64,000 nucleotides of DNA, taken from positions 32,001 through 96,000 of IMG/VR virus record IMGVR_UViG_3300032267_001142; one strand, written 5' to 3'. Source of the stretch: a virus. Every line of letters starts with the position of its first letter. Within the stretch, counting starts at the first letter, position 1. Under the pieces are notes generated by a model. It worked only from the letters and a program-made list of their open reading frames with translations, made no database searches and had not been told where the DNA came from. The position numbers and the translations under genes are program-made. Below, one piece after another: positions 55,758 to 64,000 of this stretch.

Positions 55758-57089
55758 CTAATCGAAATAGACATGACCTGTCTCTTTAAGTCCGTCGTTA
55801 TCAATGACTAGATAAGACTGGCGCGGTCTATTCTTGAGGTTATTAACGCTCGCGTGCATATCGCCTCCGATGACGGTCGAAAACATTACGAATTGAAAAT
55901 CGTTATACTCGACGTGCTCCCAGTGATGCCTGTCTCCGACGATAAACAGCCTCTCTTTGACGCCTATAAGATTTTCTGGGTTTTGCAACAGGAGGCTCTG
56001 AACGTGCGTTTGCAGCTTCGCGTCGCTTGCTGTAGGAACGTAAGCCCTTTCAATAGAGTCCGCACCGTGGTCGAGAAGGAATAGCGTAGTGCCTTCCTTG
56101 AAGGCGGCGGGACGTGATGAGTGATGAAAGAAGTTGAGGTTCTCTTGCTGAGTGAAGGCTTTTTCAAGAGCCCTGAAGAGTGCCATATCACCTTCATAGT
56201 TGTGATTTCCTCCGACCGAATGCACGTCGACGACGGGAATCTGAGAGTATATCATCGAGATGAACTGATATAGACTTTGCAACGCATAATCGAATTGCTC
56301 TTCTCTCACACAATCATAAAGAAGCTCGGTGCCCCTTCCCGTTTTGCCGTTGACGCTGTGAATCAGGTCTCCCAGCCCTAAGATAACTACCTTTTTGTAT
56401 CTATAGGTTCTTGCCGCCGCTCTTTGGAGTATCTTCTCCGCGAACTTCTTAACGCAGGCAACGGTTTTTTCAGTAGTCCAGCTTGGGCGGTTGAACATAT
56501 ACCTTTCATTGCTAGCGCTGCCGAAATGCAAATCACTAAGGCCAATAACTAACACCTCGTCACTTACCTCTTTTGTGGAGGTTTCTATGTGTAGTCTAGG
56601 CACTCTTGCTGGCTTCCAGTTTTCGACAGCCAAGCCGAAAGGGTCAAGCGTTCCATTCTGGAAGGCTTCCCAGTTTTCGGCGCTTTTTTGAGTGGCTTTC
56701 CATAATTCCTTTTCGTAGCTCTGCGCGACTGCCAGCTTCTTGCTCTCTAGGAGATTCGCTGCGCAAGCCTCTACGGGAAGTTCTGTTAACTCTTCGTTAG
56801 AGAGCGGCAGACTGTCACGCGTCAGTCCGTGAACCTTTTTATACTCCTCAAGTATCTTCACAGGTATACCGAATTTAGCTGCGACTTCCTCGGTGGTTTT
56901 TGACGGCGAAAACAGGTTGGAAATATGAGCTACGATATTACGATGAACGGAACCCTTTAGCACTAAAGGCTTAGAGAGACTCTTAAGCGTAGTGATATAA
57001 ACGTCAGTCTCTCCATTATAGACGACGTTTGGCCTTGGTTCTTGTATCGGTTCTTGCACCGGCACTGAGATTTTAGTTTTTCTTGGCAT
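55758..57089 (-). CDS. Calcineurin-like metallophosphoesterase with N-terminal HTH-like region
   Basis: SDLHFG, GDLIH, GNHN, DHGAD, GDRHH. Confidence 0.8.
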   Translation of the reverse strand: MPRKTKISVPVQEPIQEPRPNVVYNGETDVYITTLKSLSKPLVLKGSVHRNIVAHISNLFSPSKTTEEVAAKFGIPVKILEEYKKVHGLTRDSLPLSNEELTELPVEACAANLLESKKLAVAQSYEKELWKATQKSAENWEAFQNGTLDPFGLAVENWKPARVPRLHIETSTKEVSDEVLVIGLSDLHFGSASNERYMFNRPSWTTEKTVACVKKFAEKILQRAAARTYRYKKVVILGLGDLIHSVNGKTGRGTELLYDCVREEQFDYALQSLYQFISMIYSQIPVVDVHSVGGNHNYEGDMALFRALEKAFTQQENLNFFHHSSRPAAFKEGTTLFLLDHGADSIERAYVPTASDAKLQTHVQSLLLQNPENLIGVKERLFIVGDRHHWEHVEYNDFQFVMFSTVIGGDMHASVNNLKNRPRQSYLVIDNDGLKETGHVYFD

Positions 57090-57549
57090 AATGAATAATG
57101 TCGATATTTTCGTCAGTGTAAAGTTGAGAATACGGTTTGAAAAAGTCAGAGAACTCGGGCAACTCTACATCCCCTTCGTAATCTTTTTTTACAATAGTGA
57201 GTAAAAGGTCGCTGCAATACGGAAAGCATAGCTCGTAGGTTTTCGCGCCGCCAATACAAACGCATCTCTCGCTTGCGAGAGATGGTATATCGCTTGGTCG
57301 AATTACGCGACTATATTCTAGTCCGTTTTTGTTAGGTGAAGTGGGAAGCTGGCCACGATTGCTAACGAGCGTGATTTTTCTTTTCGGAAGCTTGGGTAAG
57401 TCAATATAAGTACGCGCTCCCACAACGCAATCAACGTTGTACTGAGTGACGATTCTAAAAAACTTGAAATCTTGCGGGATTTTCGGCCAAGGAAGGGCGC
57501 TGCCCTTACCGATGTAACCGTTTGAAGATACTGCTGCAATCGCTATCAT
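57073..57549 (-). CDS. folA: Dihydrofolate reductase
   Basis: IAAVSSNGYIG, LPWP, DFKFF, VGART, LPKRK, CIGGAKTY, YEGD. Confidence 0.9.
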   Translation of the reverse strand: MIAIAAVSSNGYIGKGSALPWPKIPQDFKFFRIVTQYNVDCVVGARTYIDLPKLPKRKITLVSNRGQLPTSPNKNGLEYSRVIRPSDIPSLASERCVCIGGAKTYELCFPYCSDLLLTIVKKDYEGDVELPEFSDFFKPYSQLYTDENIDIIHYAKKN

Positions 57550-57827
57550 TTTAAGTATAAGAAATTAGAAGACTTGAGAGGCTCTGGCTTTTTGTTATTG
57601 ATAGCCGTTTTTTGTTCTCTACGCAAGCACCAAAGCTCGTTCGACTTATCTAGGCGCATCACTACTATCGAACCATCGAGATGCGCGGTAGTAGTCGCGG
57701 GCAAAAATCCTAAACCTTGAAGTTCTTTTAACGTAGATACGAAAACATTATCGGGCCTGCCGGAGCTGGCCGATTCGTATTCGCGGCATGCTTTATTTAT
57801 CATTTCTGAGATTTTAGAACGTTTCAT
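57546..57827 (-). CDS. Hypothetical protein
   Basis: 93-aa ORF overlapping both neighbours in the operon. Confidence 0.5.
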   Translation of the reverse strand: MKRSKISEMINKACREYESASSGRPDNVFVSTLKELQGLGFLPATTTAHLDGSIVVMRLDKSNELWCLRREQKTAINNKKPEPLKSSNFLYLK

Positions 57828-58725
57828 GTTTTGACCGGACTGCGTTATACCACGTTTTGACTTCTTCGACCGTCATTTCAAAGAAGTCTTTTTTAGGAGG
57901 AAGCTCTATGAATACTTTGCTTTCGTCATAGTATTTTAGAAGTTTGTCTTTCGCATCTTGCGCGGCGATATTGCCAATAGAATCGTTATCGACTTCATTA
58001 TTGGTCGAAATGATTATCCTCTTTGGGTTCTCTGAAAGAATCTTTTTCAATAAAGCTCCACTCAGTTCTATGCCGAAAAGACAAAACGCGTTGGTTATGC
58101 CCGCTTCATAGAGCCTTAGCACGCACCCAATACTCTCTACCAGTATGATTCCCTCGTCTGGATGAACGGAGTTGAGATGGGACGGGAAAATGAATGCTTT
58201 TTTACGACCGATGATTTTCCACTTGGGGGTGTTTTCGGGAGGAACCTTTTGGTGCCATCGACCAGCAAACCCTATTATTTTATCCTTATCAAAGATAGGA
58301 AAACAAACCCTTCGGTTTAGTTTACCGCTCGAAGCGGTGCCAGCTCTAAATAGCCGCATAGTATCCTCGGATATTCCTCTAGAAGTAAAAAAGTCCCACA
58401 TCGGCATCAAGCGCTTTAGGCAAGATTCGTCGTATACGATATCCTTTTTCAAGTCTTGAGTCGGTGTCGCTTCTTTGATTTCTACAGAATCTATACCCCC
58501 TTCATGATTCAGCAACTTCAATAGCAAGTCCAAGTCACCCCTTAATGGGTATTTTCCTGAAGCGCCGAAGTCTCTGAAGTTGCCATCTGACTTTCTGACG
58601 CACAAAGCTATGACGTTCTTGCCTCCACGGTAAAGCGCTGCCATTCTATAGTATGCTCCGTAGTCTTTAGGAGCATAGCCTTTACTGATTAGGAGTTCTA
58701 ATATATTAGTCTTCGAGGCGGTCAT
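57814..58725 (-). CDS. DnaG-like primase (TOPRIM)
   Basis: RVCFPIFD...IGFAGR, PKWK, ILVESIG; adjacent to DnaB. Confidence 0.8.
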   Translation of the reverse strand: MTASKTNILELLISKGYAPKDYGAYYRMAALYRGGKNVIALCVRKSDGNFRDFGASGKYPLRGDLDLLLKLLNHEGGIDSVEIKEATPTQDLKKDIVYDESCLKRLMPMWDFFTSRGISEDTMRLFRAGTASSGKLNRRVCFPIFDKDKIIGFAGRWHQKVPPENTPKWKIIGRKKAFIFPSHLNSVHPDEGIILVESIGCVLRLYEAGITNAFCLFGIELSGALLKKILSENPKRIIISTNNEVDNDSIGNIAAQDAKDKLLKYYDESKVFIELPPKKDFFEMTVEEVKTWYNAVRSKHETF

Positions 58726-60280
58726 CGAGTGAATCGTCAGTTAGTGTATCGTTGTCGTGGTCTTGGGCTGGCTTTGCGGACTTGAAAGGTGCCGTAGCGC
58801 TCTGTCTTACTGTTGTAGCGAAGTCTCCCATTTCTTCGATATGAAAGCTGGTGACTTTGAAATGAAGAAAATTCTTTACTAGCGTGTTATTCGGTGTCTT
58901 TACTGGCGTTAGGGCCGCTTGCGCGTTCCTGCCAAGATGACGATGTTTAACGAACACGCCTTTTACAGTGCCGTATCTTCCATTTTCGGCAGCGATTTCT
59001 TCGTTCATCTTTGGTCGAAGCAATAGGGCGTGCGTCGCTTGCTGAGTGATTCGGTCAGATACACCAAATACGTTTTCAGTGTCATCGACGGTGGCCGCGT
59101 TTTTGTTTCCAACGATGCCTCCACGGTTCAACTGAACCGACGTCCAAAACGGATTGTTCAGTTCGTTCTTATAGAGGTTCTTCACGTCTTTGAGAAACTT
59201 GCCCATAACTTGCCATTCCTCGCCTCTGGCGTCCTCCAAATCGAACGCTTTGAGATAGTCGTAGTGAGTCAGAAATTTATTGCCTCGTCCGATTTTCGCA
59301 AGATAGAACCTCTTGATAAACCAAAGGATTTCAGTAGGAGACATCCTAGAGACGTCTTGATAATACATCTTTAGCTTTTTCACCCTTGGCCAAACAGACC
59401 TAACTAAAGCTGTGGTCTCCTTATTTTTCCTCCAATAGCCATGTTCAAGAGCGTCGTAAGAAACTTGCCCATTTGTCATCATGCTTACAGCGCGATACTG
59501 AAGTTCCTCTATAGACATTTCTCCTTGGTCTAAGTGAAGGACAGGAACGTCGTATTTGTCGGCCACATGAGTCATGTAGAACATGCCTGCGGCAGTTTTA
59601 CCGACTCCCGTTCGCGCCCCAAGAACGGTAATAGCTCCGTCGCGCAGCAACGAGCCGTATAACTCGTTTGTTTTCGGGAACGGCCCCATGAACCCGATTT
59701 CTTCTACCGGATTCTCTCCGCGTTCCTCTATCTTCTGCTCGATACTAGAGAAAATATCTACGAACTCTTCTGTCGACGACTCGAATCCTGCTATCTTTTC
59801 TGAAAAGATGGCGTCCGCTTCTTTCAGAATATCTGAGATGCCTGCGTCTTTGAGAGCTAGCATCCTTGTCTGCATCCGACCGGCCATCTCGGACAGTTCA
59901 CGTCTAACTGTCGTCTTTTTCAACTGCTTGAACCCTTCTATCGCCGCAAGTTCAGTCAGGCTTATTAAACGTAGCGACTCCAAATACTCCATCGGAGACA
60001 AATCGCTTTCGGAAAAGGTGATGTTGAGATTTTTTATCTTCTCGGCGAGAAGTATATCATTGAGTTCCGCTCCCACGGACAGAAACGATTTTATCGCGGC
60101 GTAGACTATCCGGTTCAGCTTGCTAACGAAGTCGGAATCGGTGACGACGGCCTCGACCTTGACGTAAAGGTCTGGGTATTTTAACAGTCCTGAAAGGCAG
60201 AGCCTCTCTAACTCAAAGTTGTGAATAACGGGCATATAGTTGGCACTATATCCCGATTTCTTGACCTTGTCAACGCTCAA
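58706..60280 (-). CDS. dnaB: Replicative helicase DnaB-like
   Basis: N-terminal ERLCLSGLL, GARTGVGKT, GEMS, YDYLK, SVQLNR; TTG start overlaps the upstream TGA. Confidence 0.88.
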   Translation of the reverse strand: MSVDKVKKSGYSANYMPVIHNFELERLCLSGLLKYPDLYVKVEAVVTDSDFVSKLNRIVYAAIKSFLSVGAELNDILLAEKIKNLNITFSESDLSPMEYLESLRLISLTELAAIEGFKQLKKTTVRRELSEMAGRMQTRMLALKDAGISDILKEADAIFSEKIAGFESSTEEFVDIFSSIEQKIEERGENPVEEIGFMGPFPKTNELYGSLLRDGAITVLGARTGVGKTAAGMFYMTHVADKYDVPVLHLDQGEMSIEELQYRAVSMMTNGQVSYDALEHGYWRKNKETTALVRSVWPRVKKLKMYYQDVSRMSPTEILWFIKRFYLAKIGRGNKFLTHYDYLKAFDLEDARGEEWQVMGKFLKDVKNLYKNELNNPFWTSVQLNRGGIVGNKNAATVDDTENVFGVSDRITQQATHALLLRPKMNEEIAAENGRYGTVKGVFVKHRHLGRNAQAALTPVKTPNNTLVKNFLHFKVTSFHIEEMGDFATTVRQSATAPFKSAKPAQDHDNDTLTDDSLDDRLED

Positions 60281-60588
60281 TCCTCTTCCGCCCCAGCTTC
60301 TTCGTCCCCACCTTCGGCTATGAAATTTGACATCGCGACTCCGTCTTTGATGCTTTCGCTGAAATCTTCCTCACGCGCTTTGAAATACTCTAACGCGTGG
60401 CGCTCCAAGCCCGATTGAATAATGACGTTGTCCGAGCAGTCCTCGATAACGACTTGCCCGTCTCCGTTTGCGTAAATCAAAATAAATCCACCTCCAGTGA
60501 ATTCATTAAGCCGCGTTAGAAAGTTTGCTGGAACTCCGGTATCTTTGGCCTTCATGGTGGTTTTTTGATGTGACTTATGGGGAATCAT
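60277..60588 (-). CDS. Hypothetical acidic-tailed protein
   Basis: 103-aa ORF in the operon. Confidence 0.55.
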   Translation of the reverse strand: MIPHKSHQKTTMKAKDTGVPANFLTRLNEFTGGGFILIYANGDGQVVIEDCSDNVIIQSGLERHALEYFKAREEDFSESIKDGVAMSNFIAEGGDEEAGAEED

Positions 60589-60594
60589 AATAGA

Positions 60595-61023
60595 TTACAC
60601 CGGAGTCAGTTGGATTCCGTAGTTTTTGAAAAAGAACTCTCGCGTCAAAGGTAGGTCTGTTGGCTCGATTTCTACCAACGTAAATCCGTTTGCTACTGAC
60701 CACTCCCTTTTAGCCTCGTCTCTCACTATTTGCTCATGGAAGTTGAAGCGATTCTTGCCGTGAAAGAACGAATTATACTGACTGTGCTGTATTCCGTTGG
60801 TTTCGACAATAATCATTTTCGATAGATTCACCAAGTCGAAGCTGTATCTGGTTCCAGGAACGGGCATCTCCTCCAAGCATATGTCCATCTTCCAATACGG
60901 ATGAAGCCACACCTTCACCTGCTTTTGAAACTTGCTGCGGCAGTCCCCGCCCCAATCCACGGCGTAATTGGCCGTGTTGATGTTAACGAGCTTCTCGCTG
61001 CGATATTTCTTGAACTTAGGCAT
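60595..61023 (-). CDS. Vsr/DUF559-like endonuclease
   Basis: FDLVN...IIVETNGIQH...RDEAK...NGFTLVEI. Confidence 0.7.
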   Translation of the reverse strand: MPKFKKYRSEKLVNINTANYAVDWGGDCRSKFQKQVKVWLHPYWKMDICLEEMPVPGTRYSFDLVNLSKMIIVETNGIQHSQYNSFFHGKNRFNFHEQIVRDEAKREWSVANGFTLVEIEPTDLPLTREFFFKNYGIQLTPV

Positions 61024-61588
61024 TTACTAGGCCCCGCTTTTGCATCTCGAAGAAGCACTCGGCGCAGGCCGAGCAATCCGCCAAGGCGTCGTGGGCGTTC
61101 TCGAACTCTTTTCCAAATAAGAAACGGTACAACTCTATGAGCTTGGGCCATTTATATCCGCCCCTCGTGCTGGGGATTTTGACTAGGTCGGTGGAGGACT
61201 TCATTGTGCAAAAATGACGACGACCATCCACGATGCTGTTCTTACCGAGTCTCGCGGTCTCAATATTCATCATGAATCTATCATAATCGCCATTGTGAGC
61301 TAACAAAAGCGGCTCAGCTTTCGTGAGCTGGTTAAACATACTTAGCGCGGAAAGAATAGGAACTCCGTATTTTTCACAGTCTAAGGTCGAGATGCCGTGG
61401 ATATCTTCAACCTTCTTCGGTATTGTCCAGCCGTCGGGCTTAATCAGCACATTCAATTGAGCTTTGATTTTCTTCTGCTCGTCATATAGTACCGCCGCTA
61501 ATTGCACAATTGACGGCTGCGACTGATGATTAAGCGGAAGGCTCGCGTTAAAGAATCCTGTCGTTTCTGTATCCCAAGATATAAACAT
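61016..61588 (-). CDS. Second DEDDh 3'-5' exonuclease
   Basis: WDTETTG, LAHNGDYD, AHDALAD. Confidence 0.88.
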   Translation of the reverse strand: MFISWDTETTGFFNASLPLNHQSQPSIVQLAAVLYDEQKKIKAQLNVLIKPDGWTIPKKVEDIHGISTLDCEKYGVPILSALSMFNQLTKAEPLLLAHNGDYDRFMMNIETARLGKNSIVDGRRHFCTMKSSTDLVKIPSTRGGYKWPKLIELYRFLFGKEFENAHDALADCSACAECFFEMQKRGLVNA

Positions 61589-61591
61589 AAA

Positions 61592-62812
61592 TTAAAGCTC
61601 TGTTACTGCCACTACTTCCAGAGGGTCTTCCGAGTCTGTAACTACGGCCTCCTGTTTGAGGGCGTTCCTGAATTTCTCGAATAGAAAATCGGTAATCTTC
61701 TGGTTCTCTTCAAGGAATTCATATAGTTTGTCAGTGCCTTGGATTTTGGCTGGCATGACTAATCCAGCGGCGGCAAGCTCCTCAATCAGTTGAGTAGAGA
61801 ACTCTATCCATGACCCCTTTTTCTTCGCGTAGAAGGCAATTACCGCATCTCCTACCTCCCTTTGGACCCAAACAGACTTTCCTCCGGTCATTCCGTAACG
61901 AATTGGATATTTGACGCGAACGCTGTTTTTCTCATTGTTACTCTTGCGAACAGTAATAGGAACTAGGTGTCCTATGATTGGGTTTTTTGACTCGTTGTAT
62001 TTCGCATTCGGGTCTTTAAGAATGATATCGTCTTGGAATCGAGCATTGAACTCCCAAATATTCTCTGGATAGTGCAGAGCCCAGTTGCCTCCGCTAGAGG
62101 CAAAGTCCCTATGCTCAAGCTTAGCATAGGGGTCTATTTTCGGCTGAGCGGTTACTTGACTTGTGAACGCAAAGATATGGCCAAATTTAACCAAAGCTAG
62201 AGCTAGTTTTTGCATCATCTTCTTGCCTAAGACTTGCGGGCCAGCGACTTTATGTGAGTCTTCGTAAGCCTTACTCAAATCATCGCGCAGAATCAAGCCG
62301 TCCAAAGAATCGACGATGAACATATATTCCTGTTCGGTAGGATTGTTACGGATAAGATTCTCGACAAAATTACATACAGACTCGAAGATATTCGACTCGT
62401 ATATCAAGCAAGTGCCCTCCTGCCAGTCTTTAGGATGCGTCACGAATTTTACTCCAGAGCGAACTTGCAGTTCCTTTGAGAACTTGCCTTCGGCCTGAAC
62501 ATACAAACCCCTTCGTCCCTTTTCTAGAAGGAAGTTTCGCAGAATTTCCAAACATTCTGATGTTTTTCCTCCAGAGTTTCTTCCGACTAAGCGCAGAATT
62601 CCAGGAGTAATGCCTCCGCCAGTAAGAATGTCCAGCTTTAGAGAACCCGTGGATACACGATAATAACGACCGACTTGGAAATTATAGTGGTCTTTAGCGT
62701 TGTCCTTGTCCGACATGAACGCAAAAGCCTGTTCATCGGGGGTAACGACTTTTGAGCTTTCTGCATCTTCGCTAAATTCGTCTTTGACTGTTTTTTTATC
62801 TTTTGGAGGCAT
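61592..62812 (-). CDS. recA: RecA/UvsX-like recombinase
   Basis: STGSLKLDILTGGG, GRNSGGKT, IVDSL, SQV, SGGNWALHY. Confidence 0.88.
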   Translation of the reverse strand: MPPKDKKTVKDEFSEDAESSKVVTPDEQAFAFMSDKDNAKDHYNFQVGRYYRVSTGSLKLDILTGGGITPGILRLVGRNSGGKTSECLEILRNFLLEKGRRGLYVQAEGKFSKELQVRSGVKFVTHPKDWQEGTCLIYESNIFESVCNFVENLIRNNPTEQEYMFIVDSLDGLILRDDLSKAYEDSHKVAGPQVLGKKMMQKLALALVKFGHIFAFTSQVTAQPKIDPYAKLEHRDFASSGGNWALHYPENIWEFNARFQDDIILKDPNAKYNESKNPIIGHLVPITVRKSNNEKNSVRVKYPIRYGMTGGKSVWVQREVGDAVIAFYAKKKGSWIEFSTQLIEELAAAGLVMPAKIQGTDKLYEFLEENQKITDFLFEKFRNALKQEAVVTDSEDPLEVVAVTEL

Positions 62813-62813
62813 A

Positions 62814-63176
62814 TTATTTACAAAAATCGACTATAGATTTGGGTTTGTTTATTGGTTGGGACGGAGCATAAGCCACGCCAACTTTGCTAGTTTCAAGAGC
62901 GTAAGGCTTATTTTCAGGAATGTCCAGCTTAAAGACGTCCCATCTTTTTTTGAAGAACTTTTTAGCAAATTCTGTGGTGAACATCACCATACTCTCGCCC
63001 TGAAAGGAGACCTCTAGCGAATCCCAAAACTCGGCGGATGGATACTTAGTCGCTAAGTCCATCGCGAATTTCATGTCTCTTGGCCAGATTATCTTCTTTT
63101 CTAGCACGTATTTCTTCACGATAGCTCTCGCGATTTTGCCTTCTGGCGGTGCGGATTTCTTTTTCTTTGCTGGCAT
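62814..63176 (-). CDS. Hypothetical protein
   Basis: Likely start ATG 63176 overlapping the upstream TAA. Confidence 0.55.
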   Translation of the reverse strand: MPAKKKKSAPPEGKIARAIVKKYVLEKKIIWPRDMKFAMDLATKYPSAEFWDSLEVSFQGESMVMFTTEFAKKFFKKRWDVFKLDIPENKPYALETSKVGVAYAPSQPINKPKSIVDFCK

Positions 63177-63427
63177 TATCTCTTTTTGTATACTGGACAA
63201 TCTCTACAAACCGTCGGGCCTAAGAAGTTAATGTCCCTCTTTTCGCAGCGAAAACCCCTTTGTGTGTAGCTGCTACAGCATGTTTTTATTACTATGTCGA
63301 CCTCTTCTATAGTTCGGTGAACGCATGTCTCGAACATTTCCATGTAAGACGCCGCTTCGCTCTGCTTCGGGGCACTCGCGCTTGTGATTACTTTATCACC
63401 AACCCAAACTGTGTAGCTCTCTTCCAT
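63176..63427 (-). CDS. Small Cys-rich protein
   Basis: CC...C...CxxC in 83 aa. Confidence 0.5.
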   Translation of the reverse strand: MEESYTVWVGDKVITSASAPKQSEAASYMEMFETCVHRTIEEVDIVIKTCCSSYTQRGFRCEKRDINFLGPTVCRDCPVYKKR

Positions 63428-63428
63428 T

Positions 63429-64000
63429 TTATGAAACTAAATCTGTAATGAGTTCATTATAGCTGTATTGTCTTTTGAACGCAAGCTCTTCGTAACACCG
63501 GCTAGGGGCTGAAACGAACGCTCGTTCAGGCTCTACGATTCCAGAAGAAGAATCAAATACTACCCTACCCATAACGTCGTTTTCGTCAATATCTAAAGCT
63601 TGAGCAAGAGACATAAGCAGTCGTCTTGGCGTTCGAGTCTCTCCACTTGAAAAAACATAGTTTCTCGCTAGCTTTTGTCTACAAACAGACCAAATCAATC
63701 CAATGAAGTCTTTAGCGTGAGACCAATCCTTCCGACTGTCTAAATTGCCAAGCTGTATCGTGTTGTTGTTCTTTTTGAAATCTTTCAGCCAGTCCGAAAC
63801 TTTACGAGAAAAGAAGTCCCTTCCCCTGACTTTGGATTCATGATTGAACATGACGCAGTGAGACGCCCAAACGCCAGACTGTCTAAAAAAATCACACGTT
63901 ACACGGCACGCGGCCTTAGAAAGTCCGTATAGCCCATGAGGCGCAATCGGTGTGTCGATTGTATGCTCCTCGTCTTTTGCCAAATACATCTCGTAACAGG
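63429..64000 (-). CDS. gmd: GDP-mannose 4,6-dehydratase-like SDR, partial (5' end beyond window)
   Basis: YGLSK (YxxxK), MFNHES, RGRDFFSRKV, LGNLDSRKDWSHAKD; frame open to the edge. Confidence 0.85.
   Translation of the reverse strand, partial: CYEMYLAKDEEHTIDTPIAPHGLYGLSKAACRVTCDFFRQSGVWASHCVMFNHESKVRGRDFFSRKVSDWLKDFKKNNNTIQLGNLDSRKDWSHAKDFIGLIWSVCRQKLARNYVFSSGETRTPRRLLMSLAQALDIDENDVMGRVVFDSSSGIVEPERAFVSAPSRCYEELAFKRQYSYNELITDLVS

Noticed and set aside
60594-60600. GTGTAAT on the minus strand upstream of ORF 60588
   Set aside because: Coincides with a Val-stop; the only exact copy at a minus-strand junction; could be chance, since copies also occur inside genes (e.g. 1305)
770-63448. Numerous short antisense or alternate-frame ORFs in the track (e.g. 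11306-11620, 14700-15155, 54749-55162, 59583-60104)
   Set aside because: They lie wholly within long motif-supported genes and show no recognisable motifs; treated as shadow ORFs
1-64000. CRISPR arrays, tRNAs, rRNA, integrase, reverse transcriptase/DGR, IS elements
   Set aside because: No nucleotide-level direct-repeat arrays, cloverleafs or relevant motifs seen; intergenic gaps are too short. The Cas4-like gene has no cas neighbours
1-64000. Stop-codon reassignment as in some large phages
   Set aside because: Long genes are intact under code 11, and TAA, TAG and TGA all end genes at tightly coupled junctions
1-64000. Host assignment
   Set aside because: Lipoprotein and GT9-like genes suggest a diderm, LPS-bearing host, but nothing in the sequence alone fixes the phylum

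Overview
A 64-kb segment of a large lytic tailed dsDNA phage (Caudoviricetes, probably long non-contractile tail: tail tube and a 2322-aa tape measure protein, no sheath seen), standard genetic code, almost no intergenic space. Two convergent blocks. The + strand (~174-44267) carries a phage sigma factor, terminase, portal, a lysis cassette, prohead protease/scaffold, capsid, neck, tail tube, chaperones, tape measure protein (TMP), hub and Ser/Gly-rich fibre genes. The - strand (44224-64000) carries glycosyltransferases, an SSB, intein-containing DnaE with separate PHP and DEDDh genes, SF1 and DnaB helicases, a primase, nucleases, DHFR, RecA and a partial GDP-mannose dehydratase. Most notable: (1) the TMP contains a ~630-aa block punctuated by four G[FY]VPNF motifs that bracket a protein-kinase-like domain and a PD-(D/E)xK nuclease-like domain, suggesting a virion-delivered effector polyprotein; (2) a GTGTAA(A) motif precedes 11 morphogenesis genes, the likely late promoter of the Cys-insert sigma factor; (3) a GT9-type glycosyltransferase appears split across two adjacent genes; (4) a Whirly-like SSB, a DnaE mini-intein, and an ERCC4 nuclease between terL and portal. 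All family assignments come from motif recognition by eye; no database search was run.
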